Below, in pieces: positions 42,101-53,870 of a stretch of DNA of 64,000 nt (the stretch's first letter is position 1; each line of letters opens with the position of its first letter). Under the pieces are notes generated by a model. It was not told the origin of the DNA, made no database searches, and saw only the letters and a list, made by a program, of their open reading frames with translations. The stretch lies in contig CM120642.1 of the NCBI GenBank assembly GCA_051362555.1, positions 28,272,001 through 28,336,000 of the forward strand, written 5' to 3'. A program made the position numbers and the translations under genes. Origin of the DNA: Lingula anatina (lineage: Eukaryota > Animalia > Brachiopoda).

Positions 42101-45091
42101 GGCGGATCCAGAGATATTTTCTGACAGTCTTCTTTGTTAATCCATCCTCCATTTTTGACCGTCTTCCGACAGAAAACATTAGATACCCGTCAATGTAAAC
42201 TTAAAAATCTGACCGTCTTCCGGAAGACCCAGAAGACGGCCTAAATCCGCCCCTGCAAAACGAAAGTTAATATACAGTAATAAGTGCATAATATTTGACG
42301 TATTTAGAAAAAATCTTGCCTCGCATTTTTCATTATGAACAATTGTAGTATCCAACTTAAGAAGTAAAAAGTTCAATAGTTGTGAGTTTTTATTTTTAAT
42401 TTGTGATGAAAAACAAAGACATACTGTACACACAGACACATCAGTATGCGGACTGACATTCAAGGCATAAGTAGCAAATTGTAACTTAGTCTTGTTGCAA
42501 GAAAAAGGTTTATCATTTAAGGAAAAAATTAGTGCTTCGTGTTGGAAATAAGCAAAAAAGAATTAGAGACGCAATGACGGGAAAAAAAGTGCCACTGAAA
42601 CAGGATTTATTCCAATCGTTTTGGAATAAACTAGATTTCTTTCTTTCAACATTATATCTCTGTAACAGTATTCTTGTAAGCATCGAGGTTTTCGATACAT
42701 AAAGGTCAACCTTTTTATCCAATCTTATCAATGTAACAGGTCACCTTAACCATTTTAGTTTCTAAGATAGAACTTCGATTACCTTTCCAATCAAGGGGAT
42801 TCTATAAGTAACTGATACTGTAAACCAAGACTGATTCCGATAAATGTAGTACTGCGCATGTGAAGCAGGTAAGGTTACCTGCCCAGCGGCTCAGGTGTGC
42901 CGACAGGTGAGCCTTCATCAGCCTCGATAGCGCAGTAGGCAGCGCGTCAGTCTCATAATCATGAAAACACCTGGGAAATCTGAAGGTCGTGAGTTCGATC
43001 CTCACTCGGGGCATGTCTTTTTCATCCTGGGGGTGGTGAGGGGGGGGGGAGATTAAACAGAGGATATGTTTGATAAAATTTGTGTCAAGTTATTTACCGT
43101 ATTAGGTTCACATTATCTGTGTGGCACGGTTTTCTTTTTTAAAATAAGGTTTGGCAGTTATCGGGCAAACGTCACCAAAATTTGCAAATAATAATAATAA
43201 AAACACAAAATAATTACCGTAAATGTGAGCCAATCATGCTGATTTTCGAAAGCAAACTGCCTCTGTACCAAACAAAGACGTACGGTAAATTTATAGTAAA
43301 ACAAAGATACGGTTTGTAAGTAATGGGGCGAACGTTGTGTTGGACAGCGACGGCGACAGCGACGGCGACGGCGACATCGACGACGCGGACAGACAGACCA
43401 ATCAGAATCAGTATATAAAATTTGTTTTTGTGAGGAAAAAATAGAACAGCCAACCCCAGGGACAGTTCTACACAGAGTAACTCTATATAATTCCGTTAGG
43501 CCAATGCACAGGCATAATGATACATGTACTAATAAGCCCACCAGTGCTGTAAGTTTAGCCTAGCATTGCCCCAGACCCCTCGCTCTAAATCTTCACTCCA
43601 ATGGTCCAGAGGTACATACATTTAGCTAAAATTAAATTGTGAAAAAAGAAGCACTCACCCTCTAGGAACAGACCAACCCCCAGTCTCAGTATATAATTCC
43701 ACATGGCCTAAGGATATCCACGATGAAAGGCACATCAACAGCGAAAGTTTCAACTTCCTCACTCATATTTATGTCCGAGGAGATATATAGGTAGGCCTAC
43801 ATGTAACTACATGTACAAACGCATGGACGGGTAGACGCGCATGATAACATGATCCCCGGCTTCTGTCAGAAAAGTTGAAGAGTGGGGATAATAATAAGAC
43901 CACCCCTATTCCTTACCGTCTGTGCAGGTTTTTGACAACAATCCTCACAAAAATAGCTATGGCAGAGGTAGCTAGGGATTCTGGCTACTATTCATAACAT
44001 TCGCCAAGGCCCTGAGAAAATACGTAAGGAGCAGGCTACAGGCGTTAATTTAAAGGTACAATACCTAAGTTTGAAAATGTCTCAAAGTCATATGGTCTAT
44101 ATCTACCAATTCAACAAAAGTAATGCTATTTTTCCAATTCAGGACAAGTTGAACATTCAGAATATCTGAAGATATTTTTCGGGGTGAATATGTTTATAAA
44201 CGTTTTTTTTTTCTCTCAGGTCGGCACGTAAATGTCTATTATACTAAACGTTAATGTTTTAAGCTATTCCCTTTGTAGTTTAGAATAGGCAGCGGACAGT
44301 GCATTACAGCGCACTTTCTTTTGCCCGTGTTTGCTGAGGGTCTACAGTGCCGCAGCATACCTATGTTGAGCAACGGAGCGTACGTGAGCGTGCAGGTGAA
44401 AAGCTTGATATGATTGGTTCACGCAGTTAACCATGTGATCTGTAGGTATTGAATGGCGCTGTCCAGTTATACGCATGGGCAGATTTATTTTTTCTTAAAA
44501 CCATTAAATTGATATTGAGATCGCACCTGTGATGTAAATTACTTAAGTCTATTAAGATTTCCTTGGGTGTAAATTAGGATTTGTCTCTTTAATGGACTGG
44601 GTTGCTCAGATGCGCTGCAAATTTCCAGAAGCCTCGATAGCGCAGTAGGCAGCGCGTCAGTCTCATAATCATGTAATGTCGGGAAATCTGAAGGTCGTGA
44701 GTTCGATCCTCACTCGGGGCAGTAACTTTTTCAATTTTTAAAATAATTATTACGTGTTTTTGTTGTTTTTTTTTTATTTTAGTTACATTTCTTTTTTTTT
44801 TTACTAAATAATTTTTTTCATTACTTGTAAGTCTACCTTGAAAAAACACTATATTATAAAATCAGTCAATAAATAAATAAACATGAAAGAAAGCCTTCTG
44901 TCTTTTGTTCCTCCAAAATCACAAATTCTACATTTTTTAACCATGGTCCATGATTTTCTTTAAAAAAGAAAAAAAGCAGTATCACAAAAATATCCACAAG
45001 CAGAATAAATTCAGTACAACACCTTCTTAATAGGAAGTAAATCATTGAAATTTTTGAATTATTCAGCTACAACACACAGACGACTCACCAT
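35550..45091 (-). CDS. Uncharacterised secreted protein, paralogue C (571 aa, 12 coding exons; most divergent copy)
   Basis: Exons 45091-45089 (ATG|gtgagt, inferred), 41937-41703, 41362-41160, 40359-40184, 39637-39572, 38539-38345, 38162-38068, 37860-37772, 37391-37269, 36967-36808, 36447-36323, 35795-35550. Intron phases are the same as A/B. AATAAA at 35490-35485. Exon 1 is the least certain, but is supported by a GATAAAA at the same spacing as in A/B. Confidence 0.82.
38731..39457. mobile_element. Non-autonomous PIF/Harbinger-like DNA element in intron 5 of paralogue C
   Basis: TIRs GGCCACACTTTTTT...GATGACATCCT / AGGATGTCATC...AAAAAAGTGTGGCC, with TTA duplicated on both flanks. Confidence 0.82.
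40582..40756. mobile_element. MITE with 5-bp TSD
   Basis: TIR CAGGCCCGTA/TACGGGCCTG, with CGATT duplicated on both sides. Confidence 0.8.
42097..42255. mobile_element. MITE with 5-bp TSD
   Basis: TIR CAGGGGCGGAT/ATCCGCCCCTG, with CAAAA duplicated on both sides. Confidence 0.82.
42921..43013 (+). tRNA. tRNA-Met(CAT), elongator type, with 20-nt intron (42958-42977)
   Basis: Removing the insert after A37 gives a canonical 73-nt eMet: GCCTCGATAGCGCAGTAGGCAGCGCGTCAGTCTCATA/ATCTGAAGGTCGTGAGTTCGATCCTCACTCGGGGCA. Acceptor stem is fully paired, A/B boxes are intact, and a T5 terminator lies at 43018-43022. Confidence 0.93.
44631..44721 (+). tRNA. tRNA-Met(CAT), elongator type, with 18-nt intron (44668-44685)
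   Basis: Mature sequence is identical to the 42921 copy. The intron differs (ATCATGTAATGTCGGGAA). An oligo-T terminator follows directly. Confidence 0.93.
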
Positions 45092-46089
45092 TTTGCCCTA
45101 ACGCTGTACTGGTTTACTACGTGCAAGAAGACCCCACTGTCCGCTTTTTATCAAAATTAGTGACTGTAACATCCCAACTTGGAATAAGAACGAGTGGGCG
45201 AGTTTCGCAGCGTCAACTAGGGTGTCGTGATAAAGTGCTCCCTTATCAGTCTTAAACTCGCGTCTTGTGTTTCAAGACACACCATAAGAGAAAGACCTCT
45301 TATAAAAAAATCGCATAAAAACTGATTTTTCCGTCGATGAACCTTACATATTATGGTAAGATTTTTAAACTGAAGCGATTTATGTAATTATGTTAAGTTA
45401 CCGACAGAAGCGAGACATTATTTATGTTTTAATTTATCATTACGGCTATAATTATTCTTTTTTGTAGTTACATTAAGTCTTTTATCTACTTTTCTTTGTC
45501 TCCCCACCTTAGCAAAATCGTTGATCAGCGGTTTGAACTAACAAATAAAGCAGTTATCTAAGGAGAAAGAGAAAACTGCCTATGATGAACACTACTTCGA
45601 AAATAGTGTAGGCTTAGGGATATGATGATTGTGATCACGATGCAGACGATAGCTTGGTCGCACCTGTCATTTCACAGTGCTGATAGTGTTCATCAGTAAG
45701 CCAGTGGACAGGTTTTCGGACAAAGTCAAACCTTGGACTTCGAACTTGACAGGGGACAGAGGTTAGATGCTGATTGCAAATAGGGAAAAGAACGCTGTTA
45801 TCTCCTTAAAGAAATATTAAAATAAAGTGAATAAAAGAAACACTGAAAATTTAAACATTGATCTAGTAATTCAAAACTTAAATAAGATGGGAGGATGAGT
45901 GAATGAGTCTTATAAAATATCTTACATTTATAAAAAGAACACGGGTCCTGAATTACTGTTGGAAATCTCAGAAATGCTCCTTACTTGCATAAGCTTCTTC
46001 TTGCTCTTCTGTAAAGCGAGGGGTTTTTGGATCTATTTTTGTCCAAAAACTTGGAAAAAACTTGGAAGAAAACCCCCGTCTACCTTGCA

Positions 46090-46177
46090 CCCGCCTTACC
46101 GCAGTTGGTAGAGCGGAGAACTGCAGTGGAAAATTTCAGATATCCTCAGGTCGCTGGTTCAACTCCGGCTCGCTCGA
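46090..46177 (+). pseudogene. tRNA-Tyr-derived pseudogene with intron (46127-46141) and anticodon changed to GCA
   Basis: AGTTGGTAGAGCGGAGAACTGCAG-intron-ATCCTCAGGTCGCTGGTTCAACTCCGGC matches the eukaryotic tRNA-Tyr body. T arm, B box and poly-T are intact, but only 3/7 acceptor pairs and 2/4 D-stem pairs form. Confidence 0.8.
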
Positions 46178-47051
46178 TGATTTTTTTTTTTTTTCTTATT
46201 TTAAAATGTGAGCGACATGAATTAAGGAGAAGTATGCGCCAATACACATAAAAGTGCTAGAAATTGTTTTATGGAGCATCACGAATGTAAGTATCAAAAC
46301 GACAATGGAATAATAATTAATATTTTAGGGAAGTCAAGGGATTAAAATACCAGAATTTGATAGGCTAAATTTAGCTGACCACATTGGGTCTTTGTCAAAA
46401 TTTAGGCGAATCTTTGGCAAGAAGATTGGCGTGATTGAGGATTGTGGCAACAAAGACATTTGCCTCTTTCGTTATTACGATCCGAGCTAGAATACTGGCA
46501 TTCAGAGAATTAATGTGATTTACTCAGGTTAAGCGTACTTGATTTTGATGTTTTTTTTTATTCCATCACCAATGCTTACTTCACAAATCATCTCAACGTT
46601 TTGGGGTAAATTCTTTACACAACGTTTACTTAGGGAGTTAGTTTTTCAAAAGGTATCTTTCTACGTATAAAATGTCCCAAAGTCATATTTTCCAAGCCTA
46701 CATGCCAGGCAAAGCTGTAATTTATCTTTCCAATGCAGACCTTAAAAACGTAAACACCCTGCAAACAGGAGTACCTTATGTCCATATTTCTCAAATATAC
46801 CGGAGGGTCTGAAGGTTATGGGAAACTTTTAAGAGCTAACTTATTACAAATACGACATAAAGCGTCGAGTCCATGGGGCAGGTCGAACAATGATTTAGGA
46901 GTAGAAAATATGATTTTTATATCAAGATAGACGGAGGGCAAATCCCGGATGGGAAAGTGTACGTCAAGTTGTCTGATCCTTTAAGTGATCGCCAATATTA
47001 TTAAGGCCGAATTTGCGTTATAAATATGGGTCCATTTAGTTCATTAAAAAA

Positions 47052-47179
47052 AAAAAAACAGAGTCACCATGAGATTAAGAGATTAAAATGCAGCTTTTTC
47101 ATTATTCGTACCTAAAAAAAAACAGAGTCACCATGAGATTAAGAGATAAAAATGCAGCTTTTTCATTATTCGTACCTAA
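47052..47179. repeat. Near-perfect tandem duplication (~64 bp x2)
   Basis: aaaaaaaacagagtcaccatgagattaagagat(t/a)aaatgcagctttttcattattcgtaccta occurs twice in succession. Confidence 0.9.
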
Positions 47180-48016
47180 GATTGAAATTTAAATGTATAG
47201 GTAGGGCGGGGTAGAGGCCTTGGTTGACACTTCAAAAAAATCAAAGGATGGCAAACGTACTGTTACTCTTGACCGCGATTACGTTCACAATATGCTTTCA
47301 GTCCAGTCGTCCACTCTTTCCTTTTTAAACCACTGCAGTTCTTCGCCGTGACGTTTTCTCTTGCATTTCTATGGTCTCAAGATCAATGTTTGATGTGAAA
47401 AGTTTTTTTCCTTTACACATTCCTTTTCTATATTGCACAACTCCGTGATCTGAACACGATTAACGGTGCTCTTTGGGATGAAAACGCGCTTCCTCCAGAT
47501 TTTTTTTTTTACAGTGCTATGCAAAGTATTTTTTTCAATGCTATGCAAAAAACTTCATTGAAAATACCTAGCAAGAAATAACACGGGCAAGCTTCAGAAA
47601 AATGAAATGTATAAATAGAAACGATCATTAATGCCATCCATGATCACCACATTGCTGGACATAACATTTAATTACACTTCAATATATATAGCAAACAGCA
47701 GTATTTTCTGCCATTGTCAGTTTGCAGAAGTTGTGTATTTTGACCAATTCTGTGTTTTTGTGCTCCTCCCACCTGCTCACACCAAAGAATTCTATTAAAG
47801 CTACTTATTTTATTTTATTTTTTTAGAATTCTACCATTATATCTTATTCACTAGCCACAAAGAAATACCTTGACGATCACAAAGGATAAAACGTCCTTGA
47901 AGATTTTAATCTTGAAATATCTTTAAATGTAAAACTGTTATGGAAAGTATATAAAAAATAATCAATGAAAACACCACATATTCTGTGGACTGAAAGTTGG
48001 CTACAACTAGATACTA

Positions 48017-50487
48017 TTATTTAGATCCCTTTTTTTGGATAAATGTAGGCTTCTTCTTCTGAGGTTTGTCAGGGACATTACCAGAACCACCTACAGACTT
48101 TGTTGCAGTTTTCTCTAATTTCTCTGAAGTCTGAACCTCCTCCACCTTTTTGGTTTTCTCTCTCTCTTCCATTTGGTCCAGTGCCAGTTTTCTGGCCTGC
48201 TTACCACGCCAGATTGCAATCTTATACAATGATAGCAAATAATGCACTGAGGAGGGCGTGTCATCATTGGCTGGGACAGGAAAACTGATTAACCTTGGGT
48301 CACAATTCGTATCCACTACCCCTGAGGTGGGTATCATAAACTTGGAGCACTCAATGATGGCCCTGTGTGGAGAAGCTGCAAAGTTCTGTGTTTGTAAAAA
48401 TATAACAAGGTCTGGCAGCCTGTAGTCGAAACGAGTCCTGTTTGTTAAAGTTCCACCTCTCCAGTATCGACAGTGGGCATACTCTTTCACATCAAGGGCT
48501 GCCTTTTCCACAGAAGCAATGAACTCGGCCCTGCGCGTCATGAACATGATAATGCCACCCCGGTACGCGACATGTGCAGTAAAATTTAAAGCACGTCGCA
48601 GCAATGGTTTGGTAGCATTCAGATCAATGACGTCCATTCCCAACCTCGTGCCATAGATGTAGTTTGTCATGAAGCGGTTTCGGACTTTCTTCTTGTGGCC
48701 CAGATGCACTCTTGCCTTGAACATGTCCTCTATGGAGAGCAACTCGTTCATACAGAAGTAGTCTGGATGCTTCAGTGGATCAACCAGGAGGCTTTGTGAT
48801 GGCCGTATTATATCTAGAATAAAGATAGTTGGTAAGCAATTGAAGTTAAGGGTAAAATCCAAGTGAATAGACCTAATGATTGTCAGCTCTAGTACTGTAT
48901 TGAATATGATGGTGTGTTCACAACCAAGTTGATCCAAGGACTAACTGATCTGCAGGTTTGTTTGATTTTTTAATTGTTTTAGAAAGGATGCCTAGCTAGA
49001 AGGGCATCGGCTTAAATGTATGGACTTGCCCCTGCATTTCTCACAGCTGTAAATCATATGTTATCACCACTTAACACCACTTATTTTGGATTTGAAACCA
49101 ATATCTGTAATTTAATCAGTTTTTCATATATTTGTAGCTGTGTTTTATCAAACGAAAGGTAATCAAAGGTTGCCTTCTTGATGTATTGCATATTAGGTAA
49201 CTGTTTGTGCCATTTCATAGGTTGATAATAATCACTAACAAAATGAAAAAAGAACATTACGTTTGAAAATAAATTATAATTCAGAGATCTCTAGAAACAA
49301 ATCTCATTATCTGTCACTGAGAGAAAGGTGTTAAGGTCATAAAATTACCTCCAGTGTCAGTAGATTCATCCAGCTTTTGAGCAGGAAGTGGGGCAGAGGA
49401 GAGACACCTGGTCACCACATAGGAAACACGCCATGGTGCTGAAAAAGGAAGATATGAATTAAAAAAAAAAAAACTTTCTCTATTCTTCCCTAAAAATATT
49501 ACAACCGTTTACATGAAATAAAACTCACTTCCAGTTGATAATTTGCTGAAGCCAAGTGCACTAGTAACTCCGTTTTTTTTTTTTTTTTTTTTTTTTTGTT
49601 TGTTTTTTTCTTAATTATGACTGCATTCCCATGAACCCATCTCACTAGCTGGATCGATCTAACTCAGCAGGGCTTCTCACTTTAAAGTGCTTTCAGTGTT
49701 ATCAGCTTGATTGCCTGACTATTGTTAATTACCCTGTAGCAGATTGAGTAGGAGAGCCAGACATTTAAGCTCCTTACGCTGAATGCAATTTGGTGAGAAA
49801 CTCCCCAGAGTTAGATCAATCCAGCTAGTATGATGGGTTTATGGGAACAGTCCCTTAAATTTTCACTAAGTTGGTCTATATAATTATAACTGAATTCAGC
49901 CAATCTCACAAGCAGATCATCTACTGGCTGCAGACTGGGGAAAACTTTGGAGGTCCAGAAGCTCTAGAGGACCTGCACTACCAAGTAATCTATGGGTCTT
50001 CCTAATTCTATCTGTAAGTTTCCTTTAGTTTGCATTTACATATGATATATTTTCATGTATTGAATTTTAACATTTAATAAATAAATAACAATTTTAATTC
50101 CCCGTGATCCCCATTTTGTATTTATATGGCATCCCTTGACTGAACCAGTGACTTAACTTCCAACTTGTACTAGCACTGCTAAGAAATACTGACCAGAGAA
50201 AATGAAAATGTGTCACCCCTGGGTTGTAGAGTATCATAAATACTCCTAAGATTGCCTTTGCTATAGATGTACTATTAAATTATCACGTTTCATTAGCATC
50301 TACCACTGTGCCAAACACCCACGAGTCTAGTGAGCCTTTAAAAGGTAGCTAAACGTATAGTCTGGTGGTATTACAAAAGCAAAAGACAAAAACGAAGCTA
50401 TGAAGCTAGACTGCTGAATTATACGCGAGTATAACACGTTGAAAGCAGCTTAAACTTACAGTGGCGAGACAGCATGAGCGCGGCCAT
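48017..50487 (-). CDS. MRPS2: Mitochondrial small ribosomal subunit protein uS2m (304 aa; exons 50487-50460, 49438-49349, 48813-48017)
   Basis: uS2 motifs MFKARVHLGHK, YIYGTR, IDL..T, YWRGGTLTN, LPDLVI and GVVDTNCDP..PVPANDD. N-terminus MAALMLSRHSPWRVSYVVTRCLSS resembles a mitochondrial targeting peptide. Both introns are GT-AG, phase 1. Confidence 0.95.
49618..49854. mobile_element. MITE in MRPS2 intron 1
   Basis: Inverted arms of ~45 bp: TTCCCATGAACCCATCTCACTAGCTGGATCGATCTAACTC / GAGTTAGATCAATCCAGCTAGTATGATGGGTTTATGGGAA. Confidence 0.72.
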
Positions 50488-51162
50488 TTTGTTTCGGAGA
50501 CAGTGTTTAGTTTACTATTTCAACATAGTCGGGTTTCTATTAAATTAAGTTTCTTTTTTCTATGAATAATTAAATACTATTATAAAATAGTATAACGTAT
50601 AATTTACAGTAAATGGGTGTTCTATGGAGAAACTCACTATGTATTCGAAACTAAAATTAGGAACATTATTCTACTTATCACGCCAAATGAGTCTCACCAA
50701 ATGCAATTTGCAGTAGCCCTTCTTCACCGTGCGTGCGTCAGTGTGAGACATTTCTAATCTCAACGGCACATTACAGGTTTCAAAAGAATGTCTTTGTGCA
50801 AATGCAAAACTGAACCGTTATGGCACCACCTTCTCCTTTTTTAATAATAATTCTTTACTGAGTACTAAAATGTATACAAATAACATTTTGCAGGCTGTCT
50901 ATTGTATATATGACCCAATGAAATCTCAAGGATGCATGATTACATGACTGGTTATTGTTTGCATAATTACTCGGACACTGACACTTAATATAATAATGCC
51001 AAGTATCCCTGACACCAAAAAAAGACAGTTAATTGCCGTTCTGTGACAACCAAAGTGGCCCCTTGTGAATAGCTTGTTACTTCAAGGTATTCCTTAAAAC
51101 CACGCAACTTAATTTGTTTCGGCAGACAGACAAACCAAGACAAGTTTCGTAATGAGTGTTAA

Positions 51163-51499
51163 AGGGATAATAACTCTTCGTTTCGTCCAAAAAATGAATT
51201 TTCCTGGAGTAACCAACAATTTTCCCATACTTACCAATGGTTAATGAATCCATTTTTACATTCAAAGTAAGTCCCTGGTTTTTTTCTAAAAAGTTTGGTT
51301 TTTTGTTAAAATCTCTTAAGAGATTTTAACAGAGTATAGCCATCAATGGAGGTCACGTGGTCTAAAGACAAGCTCAGATATCAGAATAATAGCTATAACT
51401 GCCGTTTTTGTGGTAAAACAGAATATATTATATTTCTATGAGTTATTCACAATGTTTTTATTGTGAAATATAGATTTCATACGAAGAGTTATTATCCCT
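51163..51499. mobile_element. TTAA-flanked MITE (Kolobok/piggyBac-type target site)
   Basis: TIR AGGGATAATAACTCTTCGT/ACGAAGAGTTATTATCCCT with TTAA on both flanks. Right-half copies occur at ~52711-52865 and ~58597-58731. Confidence 0.8.
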
Positions 51500-52290
51500 T
51501 TAATCATATGGGCACGAAGCTAAGCTCCCAACGAGCTCCTGCAGAGCCGTTGCTTCCATCGCAGGGTCGATCGTGTCTGAGAAAAAGTCCACTTATATTA
51601 TATCATACGCGGACCCGGAAGAGGGTATGGATTCATTAGGTTTTTATCTTGATTAATTCATTTAATCTATATATTCATTCATTTGTTTTGAAACACCCCT
51701 CCTTTAAACCAAGGCAATAGCGAATCTAAGACACAACGGGCACGGGCACACACCTCTTAACTTCACCCCCCCCCCCCCCCACCCCACCATACACATACAC
51801 AAAGAGAGAAAAAATAGCAAAGGCGATTTCGAGCAAAGGAGAAATCTCATGTGTCTGATTAGCTCCTGATGATTAATAATTTTCTGCACAAATGGTTCTA
51901 CATATCAGAGACCGTAAATAGAAGCACTTCCGTATGAAACTTTCATGTTACACATTTAAGCGGATGTCATCCAATGTGTCTCTGACTATAATTTGATAGG
52001 CACAAGGCATAAATACCTGGTTTTATTCGTTGATTGAACTCTGATCGACGCCAGATTGGACGAACCATCATAATAAATGTGAGATTAAGACAATTGGAAC
52101 ATTTATTTGCTAAATGATGGCAAGTTTTTTTTTTTTTTTTTCAAAATTTGCAAAGAAATATAAGTGCTTGCTTTAAGGGTTACTGGAAGTGTTGTGAGCT
52201 GCAATATCTTCTTTATATACACGTTTCTTACAGTGCAACCTTTTAAAAGTCGAAGCCTGCCCTTACACCACCGTTTCTCTTTTTGAATAT

Positions 52291-52337
<47 letters not shown>

Positions 52338-52599
52338 TTGCAATTTTTTTTTCATTTTTTCATTGAAACATTCTTTCCGTTAGACCATGAAAAATTTTCT
52401 TTCCAAACTAACAAAACAGGATGCAGTAATTGGCGGGAATGTTGAGAAGAAAGCCGGCTTAGTCAAGAATAATTAAAATAATCCGATTGGCGTTATAGCA
52501 TATATACATGTACATGTACAGTACGGACAATTATTAAAGCGATTAGAACTGTTTATTTTGACCAAAAACAGATTTTCCTGGCGTAATCTAATATTTTTT

Positions 52600-52631
<32 letters not shown>

Positions 52632-53870
52632 TATTTATTTATTTTGTTGTTGTTGTTGTTGTAATAATTTCTTATGAGATTATTACAGAGGTACGTATAG
52701 CTATCTACGAAGGTCCACGTGGTCTAATGGCAAGCACAGATTCCAGTATAATTGAGACAACCGCTGTTTTGGTGGTGAAATCGAATCAATTATATTTCTA
52801 CGAGTTGGTTACAATGCATTTATTTTGAAATATGAATCTCATACTAACAGTTGCTATCCCTTTAATGACGTGCCATAATTTCATTTACTTAATGCTGTAA
52901 CATTTAAATTAGATTTGTATGATGGGATTGAAATGAAAATGACACAACGCTTGGTTAAAAGCAGCAGAAAAGATAAGATGGACAAATCCACCAAAGAAGC
53001 TTAAGAAGAAAGGTCTTTACGTGAGTTGGAGACGCTTACACAACTAGTCTATGCATGCTATGTTAGTGACAAGTGCAAGAGAGTTGAAAAAATTCCGTTG
53101 TCTATGTCGACAGTGACGTTAATCTTTGGGTGTGTTTTCGACATCGAAACCCTTCATATTCGTTCAATTACCAGCATCATCGTGACCAGGTTCAACACAC
53201 TGTCGGTATATATTTAGATACAGATACAGGGTTACTTAAAATGGTTGTCATACCCTCAAAGAACTGGGTTTTTAACAATCTTAGAGGCTTTAAAAGCTCT
53301 ACGTAAGTTTATATTTTTGCTGCTTTTCCCCACAGTAATCACTGATTAGTCAGATATGTGGAAATGAGTGTTAAGGATACGTGAATAGATGTTGCTAGCT
53401 TGGCTATAAAAAGTGGTGCTTTTGCCTTGATATAAAGTCGATCGTTGGGATAGATGAGAATGACCCCCACCAAACTACAGCAGTCTAAATACAGAAATGT
53501 GCTTGGAATTTTGACATTGATTATAATTTTCCATGGAGAAAAATATTTGTTTTAATAGAATCTGTGTTCAAAAAAGCTAATTTTGAGGGGACATATTAAA
53601 ACACTTCTTTTATCCGGAGGAAATGTGCAATATACCCATGCTTTTTGTTTCTTTTGCATGTCTAGTGATTAAACATTTGGTGGCTGCAAAGATACAACTG
53701 TACAATAAAGAAAAGTTGATATTTGTAACATAATCCAAAAAAATTATTAGGTGTGACATTCATTTTGAGCAACGGTGTATGTAAGCCTGTATACATATAT
53801 ATATATATATAAATGGGCGTAACGTTTCATTTGCTCAAAGTTGTTAGCGATATCAGCCAGGGGATCCAAG

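Noticed and set aside
42802-43014. ORFs 42802-43014, 44589-44849 and 46027-46251
   Set aside because: These are translations across tRNA genes, not proteins.
43158-43541. 127-aa Arg/Cys-rich ORF
   Set aside because: It arises from a (CGACGG)n/(CAGA) microsatellite-bearing interspersed repeat.
46121-46126. Genetic-code change or Tyr-for-Cys recoding tRNA
   Set aside because: The acceptor and D stems are broken, and the genes in this window translate normally with the standard code.
48814-48937. N-terminal part of the 306-aa MRPS2 ORF
   Set aside because: It is intronic read-through; the real N-terminus comes from exons at 50487 and 49438.
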